A stretch of DNA of 64,000 nucleotides from the human T2T-CHM13v2.0 reference genome, Homo sapiens. The stretch lies in the NCBI RefSeq assembly GCF_009914755.1, contig NC_060929.1. The stretch is one strand, 5' to 3'. This document shows, piece by piece, positions 12,256 through 25,740 of this stretch. Position numbers and translations under genes: made by a program. The number at the start of each line of letters is the position of its first letter. The stretch's first letter is position 1. Below the pieces are notes generated by a model. The model made no database searches. It saw only the letters and a list, made by a program, of their open reading frames with translations, and was not told where the DNA came from.

Positions 12256-13449
12256 GGAAAAACATGAGTTTATTTATTAAAATAACACTTCGGTTTTAGT
12301 TTTTGTGTTCGGAAATAAAGTAAAAAAGTGAAAGAATACAACAGATTACTCCTCATAAGCAAAAATAATTATGTAATATCATGGAGACACAGGTTAAAAT
12401 GAGTTCACTTATGGAAGGCATTTAACACAATAGCACCCACTTCACTTTGTGTGAGTGGGTCAATAAGTATAGTTTGTCTCTCAAAATAGAGTGTAAGACC
12501 ATCTACCTTTAATTTTTCCACTCTCTAGTTCAGAGTTCTATACATACTAGATGCATTCTATACATACTAATGTTTTAAAAAAAATTAAAAATAAATTTTT
12601 TTTTTTGATTATTGAGGATGACAACCAAAAGCTCACTACTGGGCTCAGATCTCATGTACTTTTTTTCACCTGGGTGCTAAATATCTGTTTTATGGACTTT
12701 TAAAGTTGTATATTTAATATAATGTCTGTGTTGACATTTTTCTGTGCAAACTCAGGGAAAAAATCATTTTTCTTTTACTTCTAATTCACAATTTCTTTTA
12801 GCATTACCAGAACGCACATTTACGAGGATTGCGTAACACATGTTCTTGTCTAGTGACAAGAAAAATGTTTCACTTTCTCCCACTCAGTTATCCTTAGTGT
12901 TCATGTTAATGAACCAAGAATTGAGGGGATAGGAGAGGTTTTATGTTTATAGTGATTTTTTTTGAGAGGCTGGAAAAAAAGGTGCAAATTATATTGATAT
13001 GCATGCAATGGAATTCTTATTCTGCTAGTCTCTTTTCCTTCAGATATATTTTTTCCTTGAAACCCCAACACAGTTTTTCATCATTCTCATCAAAAGTATT
13101 TTTAAAGCACATTCTGTCCGTGTCACACAACAGAGATGGACAAAGACATGTGGCCCCTGTCTTAGACATCTTCTAGAATTGAGACTATCAGTTGTCCCAC
13201 TAGAAAACTTGGTTTCCTCTTCTGAGAATATAATCTTGAAATACCTCTTGTATTAAACTGATATCTAACATTTCACCACTGAAATTTCATCCTAAGATGC
13301 AATCAACACTTTAAAAAGGTAATACACTACAAATTATATTACCAAATTTATTCTAACATGGTAGCTGGCTGAAAGTCTATTTGAACAGGAAAAGCTCAGA
13401 AAAAAAAGAGACACAAGTGAATAGAAAATGGGGAGGGTATATTAAAAGG

Positions 13450-13620
13450 GATTTTAGAACTAATAAGACTCAAGGTTATATTTTGGCCCTTCCATTTATT
13501 AATTGGTTAACTTTGGATACATGACTTCCTCCTTTTTAGCTCAGTTTCTTCATCTGTTAAAGTGGGAATAGTAAGCTTACCTCCCTGGAATGCTGTCGGA
13601 TTTAAAGGAGCTGAGAAATG
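13450..13620 (+). mobile_element. MIR fragment
   Basis: ctcagtttcttcatctgttaaagtgggaatagta core. Confidence 0.7.
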
Positions 13621-14959
13621 TGAAAACTGAACTGAAGTAGGTGCTGAAGGATCCCTAATTTTTTTGTAACTGAAGACAAACTTTGTCCCCTCTACAATTT
13701 TGACTGTAGGGCCAAGTTTTACTAACTGAGAGACCTCAACACCTATCCACAGATGTTTAAACAAAGTGCAGGATACATCTTTCCAGCCCCATCTCTTTAC
13801 ACGTTTCACCTTGCAGACTGAACTCTTGATGTGCAGCCTGCCATGGCTCTGCCTGTTCAGAAGGCAAGGAATATCACTGCTGTCTCCTTTTCACCAAAGT
13901 ATGAGCTCGGTTTCTTCCAACAGCACCCTTGGTTGGCTTGATCTAGGGTATAGTCAAGAGGGATGGAGGGAAGAAGGTGGCAGTGACAGAAGAAAGGCTT
14001 TGTGCGACACAGCTCTGAGGTAGGTGTCCCAGGTAGATTGCTAGCGATGACCTCAATTGGAGAGGTCAAAGTAAAACTCCAGGGCTTTCCAGAGCCTGAA
14101 CAGATTTATGAGGCCCAAAGCCCTATTGCCGTTGTTTCTAAGAGAAATAGCTCATCTGTAACAGCTGTGTCTGACTTCTAACCACCTCTTCACTGACCTG
14201 GAAAAGTATGGCTCTGGCTTCTGTTTGTCCTGCTGTGGTGCAAACGCCCACAAATACACATCGTAGTGTTGAAAGTCCTGGATAGCACTCTTAGGCAGCA
14301 GTTAAAGGAGGCTTGTCTTGCAAGCCACTTTTGGAATTCGATCGTGCTCCTTTTTTGTTATTGTTGTTAGAAGACAAAAACACAACAAAAAAGCAATACT
14401 TATTTTTCTCCTAGACCTTTTCATTGAGATTTGCTTTACTCATCTTCATCTATGTTTATATGTGTACTTCAATTTTGTCTCATTGTTTAAAACAACATTT
14501 ACCAGAATGTGCTTCTGTCATTATCTACATGTTCTATTCTTTGGGGATTTCTTTTTATGAGTATCATCTCTGAATAATCAGGAAAAAATCCCACCAATTT
14601 GAAGATGCCACCTAGGAAACAGGTAAGCCCCATGTATCTTCCATTTGTTTTCTATAGTAATTGTTTTCTGTGCTTATGAGTAAGAATTTATTGATGTTTC
14701 AAAGCCGGTTGGCAATATACACAATCAGTTTGTTATTTTACAGTCATATTAATTTGACTCAAACAGCAGCACCCAGTTTGATCCTGACCTTATTCACCAG
14801 GTATTAATATAAAATTATCTTTTCTTGATATTTTGGGGAATACAAACCATGAATTTTTAGGATGTGGTCTCTGAGTTCTAGAAGTTTATACTCTAGTGGT
14901 GTAAGTAGGGTATCTAATGAGGAATTGAATTATTTTCAAAAATCAAGATTTGTTCAGTT

Positions 14960-15710
14960 TGAGGGTATTCAAAAGTATAAGTTTGACTTTTTTAGATTCT
15001 ATGATCATAGTTAATAGTAATGTATATTTCAAAATTGCTAAAAGAGATTTTAAAAGTTCTCACCACAAAAAAGTAGAGAAGGTGATAGATATGTTAATGA
15101 ATTTGATTTAATCATTCCACAATGTATACATATATCAAAACATCACGTTGTGTCTCATAAATGTGTACAATTATTTGTTCATTTTAAAAAGTATTAAATG
15201 CAGGCTGTGGATGAATGTGTCAACTGGAGACATATTTTGGTAGTTAAATATCAAGAGTTTTAAAAAATATACATTCTCTTTTTTCCAGAAATTCTACGAG
15301 TGGGAATTTTTTCCATCAAAATAAACAGATATGTGCAAAAATTTATGTACAAGTTTACTCAGCTACTGTGTTATTTATAAAAGCAAACCATGGAAAGTAT
15401 TGAGATATAACCGGCAATAAATTATCATATATCTTGAACATTGTGAAGCCATTGAAATGGTAGTAAGAATAACATTTAATGATAAGGAGAAGTATTTATA
15501 TTAATTGAAAAATCAGGTTATAGAATATTTATAGTATATTTACAAATTTGTAAAACATATGTGCATATAAAGGTAAATGAGATAAAGTTTATACCTAAAC
15601 ATTTTAATAATTATTTTTGTGTGGTGGAATCAACATTAATTCTGTATGTGTTTCTGTATTTTCCAAAGTTTTTAATAATAAGTGTGTATATTTTATAATT
15701 CAAAAAGTCA
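14960..15710 (+). mobile_element. L1MA 3' end followed by L1ME-like 3' fragments
   Basis: tttcaaaattgctaaaagag...ttctcaccacaaaa...tatatcaaaacatcacgttg. Confidence 0.7.
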
Positions 15711-16319
15711 CAAATTGTTAAAAAATGGTTGGGCTTTTGAAGTATATTACAACATAGAAATTTCAAAAATGCTTTACCATGTTTAGATTATTACGTATTA
15801 AGCTTCATAGGATGATTATTGAAACTTTCTATGTTTTGTCATTCTCCAAATAGGTTTTTCTATACAAATTTATTTTATCCTTTTATTTACATTTAGGGGA
15901 CATTTTCCCAAAGAAGATAGCAATCCAAATAATCTATAAGGAACCATCGGTGTACTTACTCTCTACAAAGCTCTCTGCTGCCAGCTGTGAAGAATATGAG
16001 ACGGATGAGAAACATCCAGGCTGTCAGGGTACACAGAGATTGTCCAAGGTTATCCATCTATTCAGAGGCAGAGCCAGGAATTAACAAACGAGACACAGCT
16101 GGAAGCCAGGGATCCTTAAATCCCACTGTTGGCTTGTACTAAGTCAGGTATCTCTGCTCACCATGTGAGCATCCACTTCTCTCCTGCCATGCATCATACT
16201 GGTCCTGGAGACAGACAAGAGTTTTACCAACCATCACCAACCCAGATCTCCTCTTCCCTGTGAGTGCTGTTCCACTGAGGCTTGTCACTGTCTTCATCCT
16301 TGCCTCATCCTTTTTTCTT

Positions 16320-17800
16320 TTAATTTTAATTTTTGTTAAGGTTAATCATACCCTCTAAAGATCCAGTTGTCCACAACGTTTGCTATGAAACACAGTATTG
16401 CCTCACCCCTCCTGAAGTTTTTGTTCTTCCCCTAAGCAATCACTTTGATCTTTTTTACTGACTATATTGTCATGTAGGCTTCACGACTCCAAGTAGCATT
16501 CTTGCTGATTTTTCAGTTTCTGGCATTGTTAACTGGCTTCCAGCTATGTAAGATGAGACTCTATCTAGCTCCCTTTTTTTCCATTTCCCTAGTCTTCTCC
16601 ACGTATGTAGTCTTCTCATTCTCTTCCTCCAGTAGAGCTATATTATAATTTTTGATAAATTAATATTACATATCAATATATTATGACAATGTAAATTCTG
16701 TTTATAGTGGAGACCTGTAGTAAACTCTGAACACTATTCCTTTCCTGCACAACATTTTGTTTTTCCTGGAGTTAAAATTGTTGTCATGTGCTTCCATTTT
16801 TTCATGCCTTTAATCACTATTCCACTTCTCACTCTTCGACAATTTTCTAAATCTTCTCTCTGGATGCTTCCTGAGAAGTTTTCTACTGAGTTTTCGTTTT
16901 TAACTGTAGCATTTTTATTTTGTAAAAGCTCTTTGTTATCTGAGTATTTCCTTATTATAGTAGCCTATTCTTGTTTTTGTTTGCATGATCTTCTCTTATC
17001 TCTCTGTAGATTGATGCTGTTTTGTTTTTATTTTTAGGTTTCTTTTTCCTGTATACTCTCTGTTTTCTATGTTGCTTTCAATCTATTTGTTTTGGTTTTT
17101 ATCTTTCAAGTTATATGTTGGCTTCTAATGCCTAATAAGCCTTGGCTGTCTTCTCATATTTTACAGTATTTTATATATAATTATACATGCATTATATATA
17201 TTTTTTATTTGACACATATTGTCTGTTTATATTTTATAGTATTTTCTAGCTCACTGGCCAATTTTTTCTCTAAGCAAGCTTCTTTGATTTATTTTTATTT
17301 TTGATTTTTAGGAATACGTAATAGTTGTACATCTTTATAGGGCACGTGAAATTTTGATACAAGCATACAATGTGTAATGATCAAATTAGAGTAATTGGGA
17401 TATCCATCACCTCAAACATTGATCATTTATTTGTGTTAGGAACGTTCCAATCCCACTCCTCTCGTTATTTTGAAATATACCCACTGGCTACTTTGCATAA
17501 ATAGGCCTTATGGATTGTGAATTTCATTGTGGGGGTGATCTTGGGCTATTTACTTGAGAAACTTCTGATGTTAGATCTTTAGAACTTTCTTTTTGGGTTA
17601 GTATTATTTTCCAGAGACTGTCAATCTTTTCTCTGGATGATGGTAAAAGCCTGGCTACCCAGCATATAGGGAGCTGAGTGGAGGAAGATGGGTACATTCA
17701 ACTTAATCCTCCAGTTTTCAATATAGTGCTCACACATTCGATTTTATGTTTTTGCTTTCAGACCAGAAACCCTCTTGTCTCACACACTTCAGAAAATGAA
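16320..17800 (-). mobile_element. Degenerate HAL1/L1ME-like sequence
   Basis: T-rich antisense L1-type composition and HAL1-like 3' motifs; poorly resolved. Confidence 0.4.
17288..17480 (-). mobile_element. L1MA 3' end fragment
   Basis: ttttgatacaagcatacaatgtgtaatgatcaaat...tccatcacctcaaacatt. Confidence 0.85.
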
Positions 17801-19154
17801 TTTCCAGTCCTCAGTAAATATAACTTAGGTCATTCAGAAATTATATAGGTCAGAATTTATCCAAGCTTGTCTGTCTGTAGCCCTGTCACATTTTGGGGGA
17901 AAGCATGCTTCAGAATTCCTCACAGCAAATAATAGTTTAATAAAAATAACATAAAAATGTGGAGCATCAGTTATGCATGTCAGTTATAATGGCCTGTATT
18001 CCAAACACACAGTGTGCAGCCTAACTCACATTGGATGGAAATGATGATGGGTATTGAAACCTTTGCTTTCCCACTACTCAGCTCTGAGCATCCTGTCTCT
18101 TCATAAGAAGGTAGCCCAGTGTGTCATGTCTTCCAAGAGCAGAGTGGCTCCATAAAACCATACCCAGTGGTCCGCACATGTGCTGTGCTTCTGCCCATGT
18201 CATTTTAAGTATCTTGGAATGCCTTTTCAGTCTACCTTTCTGAGATCAGGTGAACTTTAGGTGTAAAAATAAATATTTGCTTTTGATACTAAAAATAAAA
18301 TTCAATCCCTGGCATTTTTCTATAGTGGCAGAGTCCCTAATGCATTCTGTTCAACAGAATACAACCTTTCCTAGGGTCCTATTTGAAAAGGAAAGAAATC
18401 AAGAGTTGAAGGACAAACATTTCTTTTCAACCATAGTAATGATACTTCTTTCATGTTTTGAAAGATTTTAACCTTTATATGGGTTTGGGTATTATTTTCT
18501 TTGTGATGACATCTGACATTTAAACAGGTCTTGTTAATAAAATTTAGGCTACCTTCCATATAATTAACTGGGTGTGATTAACTACATCACTCAGACTTTC
18601 TAATATTTTTCCCTGTAAATTAAGCTTTGGAGCTTTGAAAAATATGAAATAATCAAATTGCTGTTATTTGAAATAGTTACAGTATGTCACGCTGCAGTTT
18701 GGTTTATAATGGGAGCTCATTACCATACTCATTATCATGAATTATAGGAGTTTCCTGGCTGGCCTTCATTAACCATCTGGCTTTAAACATTGATTTGTGG
18801 TTATATATGTTATTTTTAGAAAAGAGCACCTGAACGTCTACTGAAAACACTTGTTTCATCTTGTTCTACATATTTTTAAAGGCCATGAATCTCACTATTG
18901 TAAAAATCTTGTAGATTCTTTGGCCTCTTTGATTCATGTATTATTTATCCAAAGGAAATATCAGCTGTGTCATCAAGTCTTGATTCTGTAAGCTCCTTTT
19001 CTTCAAGAAACTTCCTAGGAAATGTGAAAGGAAAGGAAAGCAAATAGGAGACAAATGTAACCCTGTAGATTTTCATTCCAAAGCTGTAGAAAGTTTCATA
19101 TATTTCCAGGTCTTGTATGCTGAGGTACTTTAAACACAAACAAGAGGATATTAA

Positions 19155-20075
19155 AAGCATTTATTTATTAATTCGGTCAATAAATACTTGTTGAGCATCT
19201 TTTAGGGAATAGAGACTATTCAAGGTGCTGGAGATGCTGGAGCTACAATAGTAAATAACAACATGCCTACCCCGTAGAGCTGGACAACCAACAGAGGAAA
19301 AGACAAATTCAAGGTGGGAGGCGTCTGTGTCCAGAGCACAGTTAATGCTAGAAGACTGTAGTAGGAGATGAAGTTAGAGGTGTTTGCAGGAAGCAGATCC
19401 TATAGAGCCATTGTAAGAAGTTTGGATTTAACTTTCATTGTGATTTATACTTTTAAAGTATTATTATGGCTATGAGGTAGGAAACAGCCTTAGGAAGGCA
19501 AGAGTTGAAAGACAACCATAGTAGTCAATGTGAGTGATAGGGATGGAATAGGATAATGACAGATGAGATGGAGAGAAATAAATAGATGTGTAGTTCTGGA
19601 GATGTAACTATGACATACTGATGCCCTGAATATGAATAATCAGGGAAGGATAGGAAGCAAGAATGACTTCTAGGATTTTAGGATTTTGAATTGAAGAAAT
19701 AAATGGATAGAGGCACCACTTACTGAGATGGAGAATACTGGTGGAGGAATAGGTGGGAGGTTGGTGTATCAGGAGCTCTTGTTTTTTGTTTTTTTAAAGA
19801 CAGATCTCACTTTTTTGCACAAGCTGGAGTGCAGTGGCATGATCATAGCTCTCTGCTGCCTCAAACTCCCAGCCTTAAACAATCCTCCCACCTCAGCCTT
19901 TCCAGTAGCTGAGATTTCAGGCACAAGCCACCATGCCTGCCTAGGAGCTCATGTTTTGACAAGATAAATCTGAGCTATTAGACTTTAATATATAAATCAT
20001 TAAATAAGAGTTGGATATGCATCTTGAGCATATAAATGGGACTAGGTAAAGATTACCCAGGGAAAGAATGTAGAT
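19155..20075 (-). mobile_element. L2 LINE fragment interrupted by an Alu monomer
   Basis: caataaatacttgttgagcatc...ggagatgaagttagagg...ttactgagatggagaatactgg. Confidence 0.7.
19781..19942 (-). mobile_element. Alu monomer (FRAM/FLAM or truncated AluJ)
   Basis: Single Alu arm; TSD aggagctc(t/a)tgtttt at 19771 and 19943. Confidence 0.85.
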
Positions 20076-20119
20076 CAAGAGAATGCCCCAAACAAATATT
20101 GCATTGATAATATTTCAAG

Positions 20120-20760
20120 TAGAAAACCAGAGACCTTATTAGTTATAAGTATGGGGAATTTGTTATACATATGCTGAAAGGCTGAAGGAGCAAAAGGAAG
20201 ATACTGAGTTAACACTGAGATTAATGACAACAAGAAGCAACTCCCATCTTCAAGACTGGGGAACACAGGGAAGGGGCCCTGTAACCAGAACCTATGAGCT
20301 GGGAGGAGGGGACCTAAAGAACTAATGCTTGGGCCTCTGGGAGAAAACCCTGTGAAAGTGGTGCCTGACTGTCTGAGGAGGGATGTGGGCTAGAGAGTTC
20401 TCCCTGGGCTCAGGAAGGATAGCTTGGTTGGTAAGGGAATGCAGTGTGGATGACACTGAGGCTGCCAGAGGTCTTGGGTTGGCTGCTCCTAGGTGGCTTG
20501 ATGAAAATGGGAGGACCAGAAGAATTGGAAGTTGCAGCCAACTGATGGCTGCTACTGAAGATTCCTGACAGGAAATAGAAAATAGGATGTAAGACCCTCC
20601 TCTCCTCCTTCTGGCTCCCAATATTTTCTGGTGATTCCCATTGGTGGATGCTAACAGGAACTCACCTGGCAAGGGAGCTTGAGACATGTAGTTTGAGTAG
20701 TTCTAGCCCTGCATAGTAGAGCAGTGTATAGAGATGGTGGGCTTGGAGCTGAGGAACAGC
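20120..20760 (-). mobile_element. Old ERVL-class LTR (LTR33/LTR41-like)
   Basis: cccattggtggatgctaacaggaa...ggcaagggagcttgagacatgtagttt...ttggagctgag motif. Confidence 0.5.
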
Positions 20761-21233
20761 TTCTGTTATTCCATAATTTTCAAAGTGAGGGGAAAACTGC
20801 TTTCATGATAGGTATGCAATTCTTGTATGAATGTAAAATAGAGGCATTATACTGATGGCCCTGCAAGGGCAAAGTCAAACCTCTTTACCTATGGAGCAGA
20901 CCTAACTCAGGCATGGTGTTTAAGCTAGTTTCTCTCTCATGCTGAAAACACAACATGAGTTTCCTTTCTGTTCCTTCCCTGAAAGTACCATCATAACATT
21001 CTTGATAACTTTCTGGAAATGTTTTTTGTGTATATAGATGTAGGCATATATTCTTTATTCACATATTCGTTCATTTATTCAACATTAACTGAGAGCCTAC
21101 TCTGTATTTGGCACAAGTCTAGACGTTGGAGGCGTGGGGATGAACATGACAATATTCCTGACCTAATGGACCTTAGATCCTAGGAAGTTGGAGTGTGTTG
21201 GAGGGAAGGGTTAGTAATAAACATGTCAAACTA

Positions 21234-21507
21234 TTTTTTTGTTTTATTTATTTATTTTTTTAGAGACAGGGTCTTACTCCATGGCCCAGGTTGGAGTGCA
21301 GTGTTGGAATCATAGCTTGATGTAACCTTGAATTCCTGGGCTCAACTGAGCCTCCTGCCCCAGCCTCCCAAGTAGCTGGGGCTACAGGTGCCCACCACCA
21401 CATCTGGCTTTTTTTTTATTCTTTGTAGAGACAGGATCTCAAACTCCTGGCCCCAAGTGATCCTCCCAAAGCACTGGGATTTCAGGTGTGAGCCACCACA
21501 CTCAGCC
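21234..21507 (-). mobile_element. AluJ
   Basis: Diverged Alu with J-type features (atcatagct, cctgggctcaa). Confidence 0.9.
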
Positions 21508-21509
21508 AA

Positions 21510-21760
21510 AACAACACCACATGTTCTCACTCACAGGTGGGAATTGAACAATGAGAACACTTGGACACAGGAAGGGGAACATCACACACTGGGGTCTGTC
21601 ATGGGGTGGGGGGAGGGGGGAGGGATAGCATTAGGAGATATACCTAATGTAAATGACGAGTTAATGGGTGCAGCACACCAACGTGGTGCATGTATACATA
21701 TGTAACAAACCTGCATGTTGTGCAGATGTATCCTAGAACTTAAAGTATAATTAAAAAAAA
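21510..21760 (+). mobile_element. L1PA (about PA5) 3' UTR fragment
   Basis: atgttctcactcacaggtggg...G-rich tract...aaagtataat followed by A tail. Confidence 0.92.
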
Positions 21761-22173
21761 GATTTTCAAGTAGTGCCTATAAAAAAATCAGAGTGTGGCT
21801 CAATGCAAATGATGAGGGTGGTGCACTCTAGCTATTATGAACTCTGCTTCACAAACGTTAGCGGCAGACACAGTTTCTAGCAAAATGGGCTGATTCTTTC
21901 AGTAAGATAAAGTTGCTAGTGGCTAGAAGGCCTCTTTAAAGTGGTGGAATCTGTATTGAGACCTGAGATATGAGCAGAAGCCAGGTATATGAAAATCAGA
22001 AAGACATTCCAGACAGAAGAGATAGCAATGACCTTGGCATATCTGAGACAGGCCAGCTTGGCTGGAAGACAGTGAATGATGGGAAGGTAACAGAATACAT
22101 GCACATTGTCCTGCATCTGATTTTTTTTTTTTTCACAAAATATCTTGGAAATCAGTCCATATCAGAACCTCTC

Positions 22174-22525
22174 TAATATGAACTGAATGTTTATATTCTC
22201 CGCCATTCATATGTTGAAGCCCTGACCCCCATTATGATAGTATTAGGAGGTGGGGCCTTTGGATGGTAATTAGGTTTAGATGAGGGCATGAGAGTGAAGT
22301 CCCCCATTATTAGAAAGAGACACCAGAGTTTTCTCTCTTCACCAAGTGAAGATAGAGCAAGAAGGCAGCCATCTGTAAGCCAAGAAGAGAGCCTTCACTA
22401 GAACCAAGTATACTGGCATTCTAATGTTGGACTTCCCAGCCTCCAGAACTGTGAGAAATAAATGTCTGTAGTTGAAGCCACCCAGTCTATGATACTTTGT
22501 TATAGCAGCCTGAGCTGACTAATAG
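22174..22525 (+). mobile_element. MaLR solo LTR, MLT1A-like
   Basis: ttcatatgttgaagccct...ggacttcccagcctccagaactgtgagaaataaa...gactaata; TSD ctctc/ctccc. Confidence 0.88.
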
Positions 22526-22952
22526 ACTCCCTCTATATGGTAACTATATAATAATATTCTATTGTATAAACTTTTAGTTTATTGAACTGTTTTACTATTG
22601 TCAGATGTCTAAATTGTCCATAATCTTTTATTTTTACAAACAATTCAGTGCTATGATAAATAGCATTGTAAATATGGTTTTGCACATTAGGGTGATTTTA
22701 CCTATAAGAAAAGCCCTAGAGATGTGTGTGCATTATATATTTTCATATATTCACTTTACATTTTGGTATATATTTCCAAATAGATTTTCAACGAGTTTGT
22801 CAATTTCCACCCCCATCACGATAGTACTTACTTGTGTTCACTCTCTTCCATCCAGTGAACCATTACATGTTTGGGTCTTAGTCACCCTGCTCATATTTTT
22901 CTTTATTAAGGACATCTAGTTAATTTTCATGTGTTTAGAAGCCATTCACTTT

Positions 22953-22988
22953 GTGTGTGTGTGTGTGTGTTTGTGTGCGTGTGTGTGT
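22953..22988. repeat. (TG)n microsatellite within an old L1ME fragment
   Basis: Imperfect TG run. Confidence 0.9.
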
Positions 22989-24394
22989 GAACTGTTAGTT
23001 CATCTTTGCCCATTTTCATTGGATTGTGAAATTTATTTCTGTAATGAGTTTATTTGTTCACTCCTCCCACAAACACATAGGGCAAGTGATTGTGCCTATA
23101 AATGGGAGTGAGTGATGAAGACCTGCATCCCCACCACCCTGCATAGACATTGACTTTGCTCCAGTCTAGAAATTGTCACGACAACTTGATTCTTCCCTAT
23201 ACTCTGGGCTGGGAAAGTGAAACAGAGTTATCTTCAGGAGGTGTAAAACCAAGATTCTCCCTTCCACTTCCACATCCTAAATTGTGGGTGTGGAGCTAAG
23301 AATCATTTCCTTCTTAGAGGGTATTCTGAGAAAATACAATTGTGGTCATAGTTAATGATCTTTTCCTGTTTCCATGTGTTCCTCTTCCTTAACATAAATT
23401 GTAGAGGATTTTGCTGGAAATTTGTTTTGCCCTTGTGCTTGTGGCTGGACAAACATGTGAGCATGTTTCTATTATGTATTCTATGTAGTTATAGCCATAA
23501 TACCGTATAGTAATAGTATACAAATGTGTCTAATTAGAGGAACCAAGAATAAGAGTATAATATCTTTTAGTATGTGTTTCAAAAGCTTTCTGCCTCACTC
23601 CCCACCAGCAGCATTTACTTCCCCATTCACAAAACACACATACACAATTTTGTATAGATATTGGAATCTATGCTTACCCTAATTTAAAAAGAGTAATCAG
23701 AGCGCTATGTCCCTCATTGGGAACGATTCAACAAAGAAAAACTTAACAATTATGAAATTAACAGTTCAGGGTATGTAATTCTGGAAATCACACAATTACC
23801 CATATGGAATATTTTTCCATGGTGGAGACTGCCCAGTCAACGTCAATGTTAATATCAATAAGCACGGCCATCTCAGATTTACCTAAATCCATTCCAATTT
23901 TCCCAGACTACTGATCGCACATGTTCCATACACGAGCTCACGTAGAGAATCTAGATGGGAGTGGAAAGAACTTTTATAAAAATGTAAAAAGTCATCTCCA
24001 CGGATTTCAAAGGCTTCCTTCAGAAATACGACAAATAATTCAAAAACCCCTGCAACAAGATAGTCATGCTCTAAAATTTAGAGAAATTACTAAGTGTTAA
24101 CTATAATACAATTCACTCTTAGAAGTTTTCCATTTTACTTCTTGCCCATGTCTTACCTAATTAATGTTTCTCTTTGAGATAAAAGAGCAGTGATTTTCTT
24201 GGCTGTTCCTTTGCTAAGGCAGTCACTATTCTTTCAAAATCTTGAACTTTAGCTTCTTTTCTACTAAGGAAAGCCCAGGAAAAATGTGCAGAGTCAAATT
24301 CAGGAATTGAAATATTGTTAAAATATTGCTTAACCTCAGAACCACCCTGAGCCAGTGCTAAACAATATTTGTTATTTCCTTCTATGTCATGGCT

Positions 24395-24560
24395 ATCATT
24401 CATTCATTCATTCATCTGTTTGATCATTTTTTTTTATTTATCTGTTCATCCAACAAAGATTTGTTGATCATACTTTGACTGCCAGGCACAGGGTTAGACA
24501 CTGAAACTCACAAAGATCAATAGGACACAGCCTATGAGGCATTTCACTTACAGGAGGAAC
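24395..24560 (-). mobile_element. L2 3' end
   Basis: (ttca)n tail and tgccaggcac motif. Confidence 0.65.
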
Positions 24561-25579
24561 AAGGGGATGAATAAGCTTTATTTCATTTGAACCTCATACC
24601 TACCCTGTTGGGTGGGACAGATGTTGTTATTCTTTTTTTAATATAAAACCTTTTCTTTCTTAAAATATGTTCATTTCATTCTCACATTTAAATGCTACAA
24701 ATGAATATAAAAATTTAATCTAAAATTTGAGCTTCCAGGAAAAATAAATTCAACACAGAGCGATAATCTTTGTTAACCACACATAGCACCCCTGTTGTTT
24801 TTTCTACATAGTAGAGATACTTTTACATATTTTATTTATACTTGGCAATCCAGTATTGTATTATTTTCCATTATTTGTATCTATATATTTTCTCTAAGTA
24901 GTTTGTAAGAGGTCCTTTGGGGCAAGGATTATGTCCAACAATTTTTGCTAATTGCTTATACTAGAATTATTCTGCCTCAATGAAGCCCCTTTTAACTCCA
25001 TCCCACAACTATTTGCCCTTCCTGGCAATGCCTAGTTCCCAGGATATAAAAATGGGTGCATGGAAAACAAGGAAGAGTGAAAACCCAGAGAAATAAGAAT
25101 AACAAATACACAGAGTCACCCTTCCTGCTGCTGTAGCAGGTGGGCAATGATTGTAAATAAGCAGTTTCTCCTATGTGCAGAGACATGGCTCAAACCAAGG
25201 CAGAATTCCCTGTGTAAAATGAACACATGGTTGTCATTGTCCAAAGTACAGGTGGTACTGTATTTTCCTATAGAAGATTATATGTTCTGGATATGAAAAA
25301 CATTTTGTAAAAGTATACAATTTTAATCCATATGACCTAGGTAGTTTTTTAAATAAAAAATTTTAGAATTTAAAATTTATTTTGTTTCAGATTTTAAGAT
25401 AATCTTTCGTTCCATACCCAATCATTGTTAGTTGTATCAAATATATTCCCTTGCCAGTATTTCTAATAGCATGCCCTAATTAATTTATTTTATCTTTTGG
25501 CATAAATCAATTAAAATTGAGTTTGGTAAGTCTCAGGGGAGTATTGTTTCACATTAAAAACTTTTTTTTTCTCAAGAGA

Positions 25580-25740
25580 TCACAGATGTTGTTATTCTTA
25601 CTTTATAGATAAAGAAATGGAGGTTCACGTAATGGTTAAGTGAATTGTTCAGGGCCTTGCAAATAGTGAGTGTTGAACTAAGACACAAATCCGGTCTTAT
25701 AGTTCCAAATCCATGTTCCTGTCATTGCCATTTTACACAG
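25580..25740 (-). mobile_element. MIR fragment
   Basis: tttatagataaagaaatggagg...ggttaagtgaattgttcaggg. Confidence 0.65.

Noticed and set aside
18033-18093. Box C (ATGATGA) and box D (CTGA) with a ggatg/catcc terminal stem, suggesting a snoRNA
   Set aside because: Only 47 nt from box C to box D, with no C'/D' boxes and no recognisable rRNA/snRNA guide; likely chance
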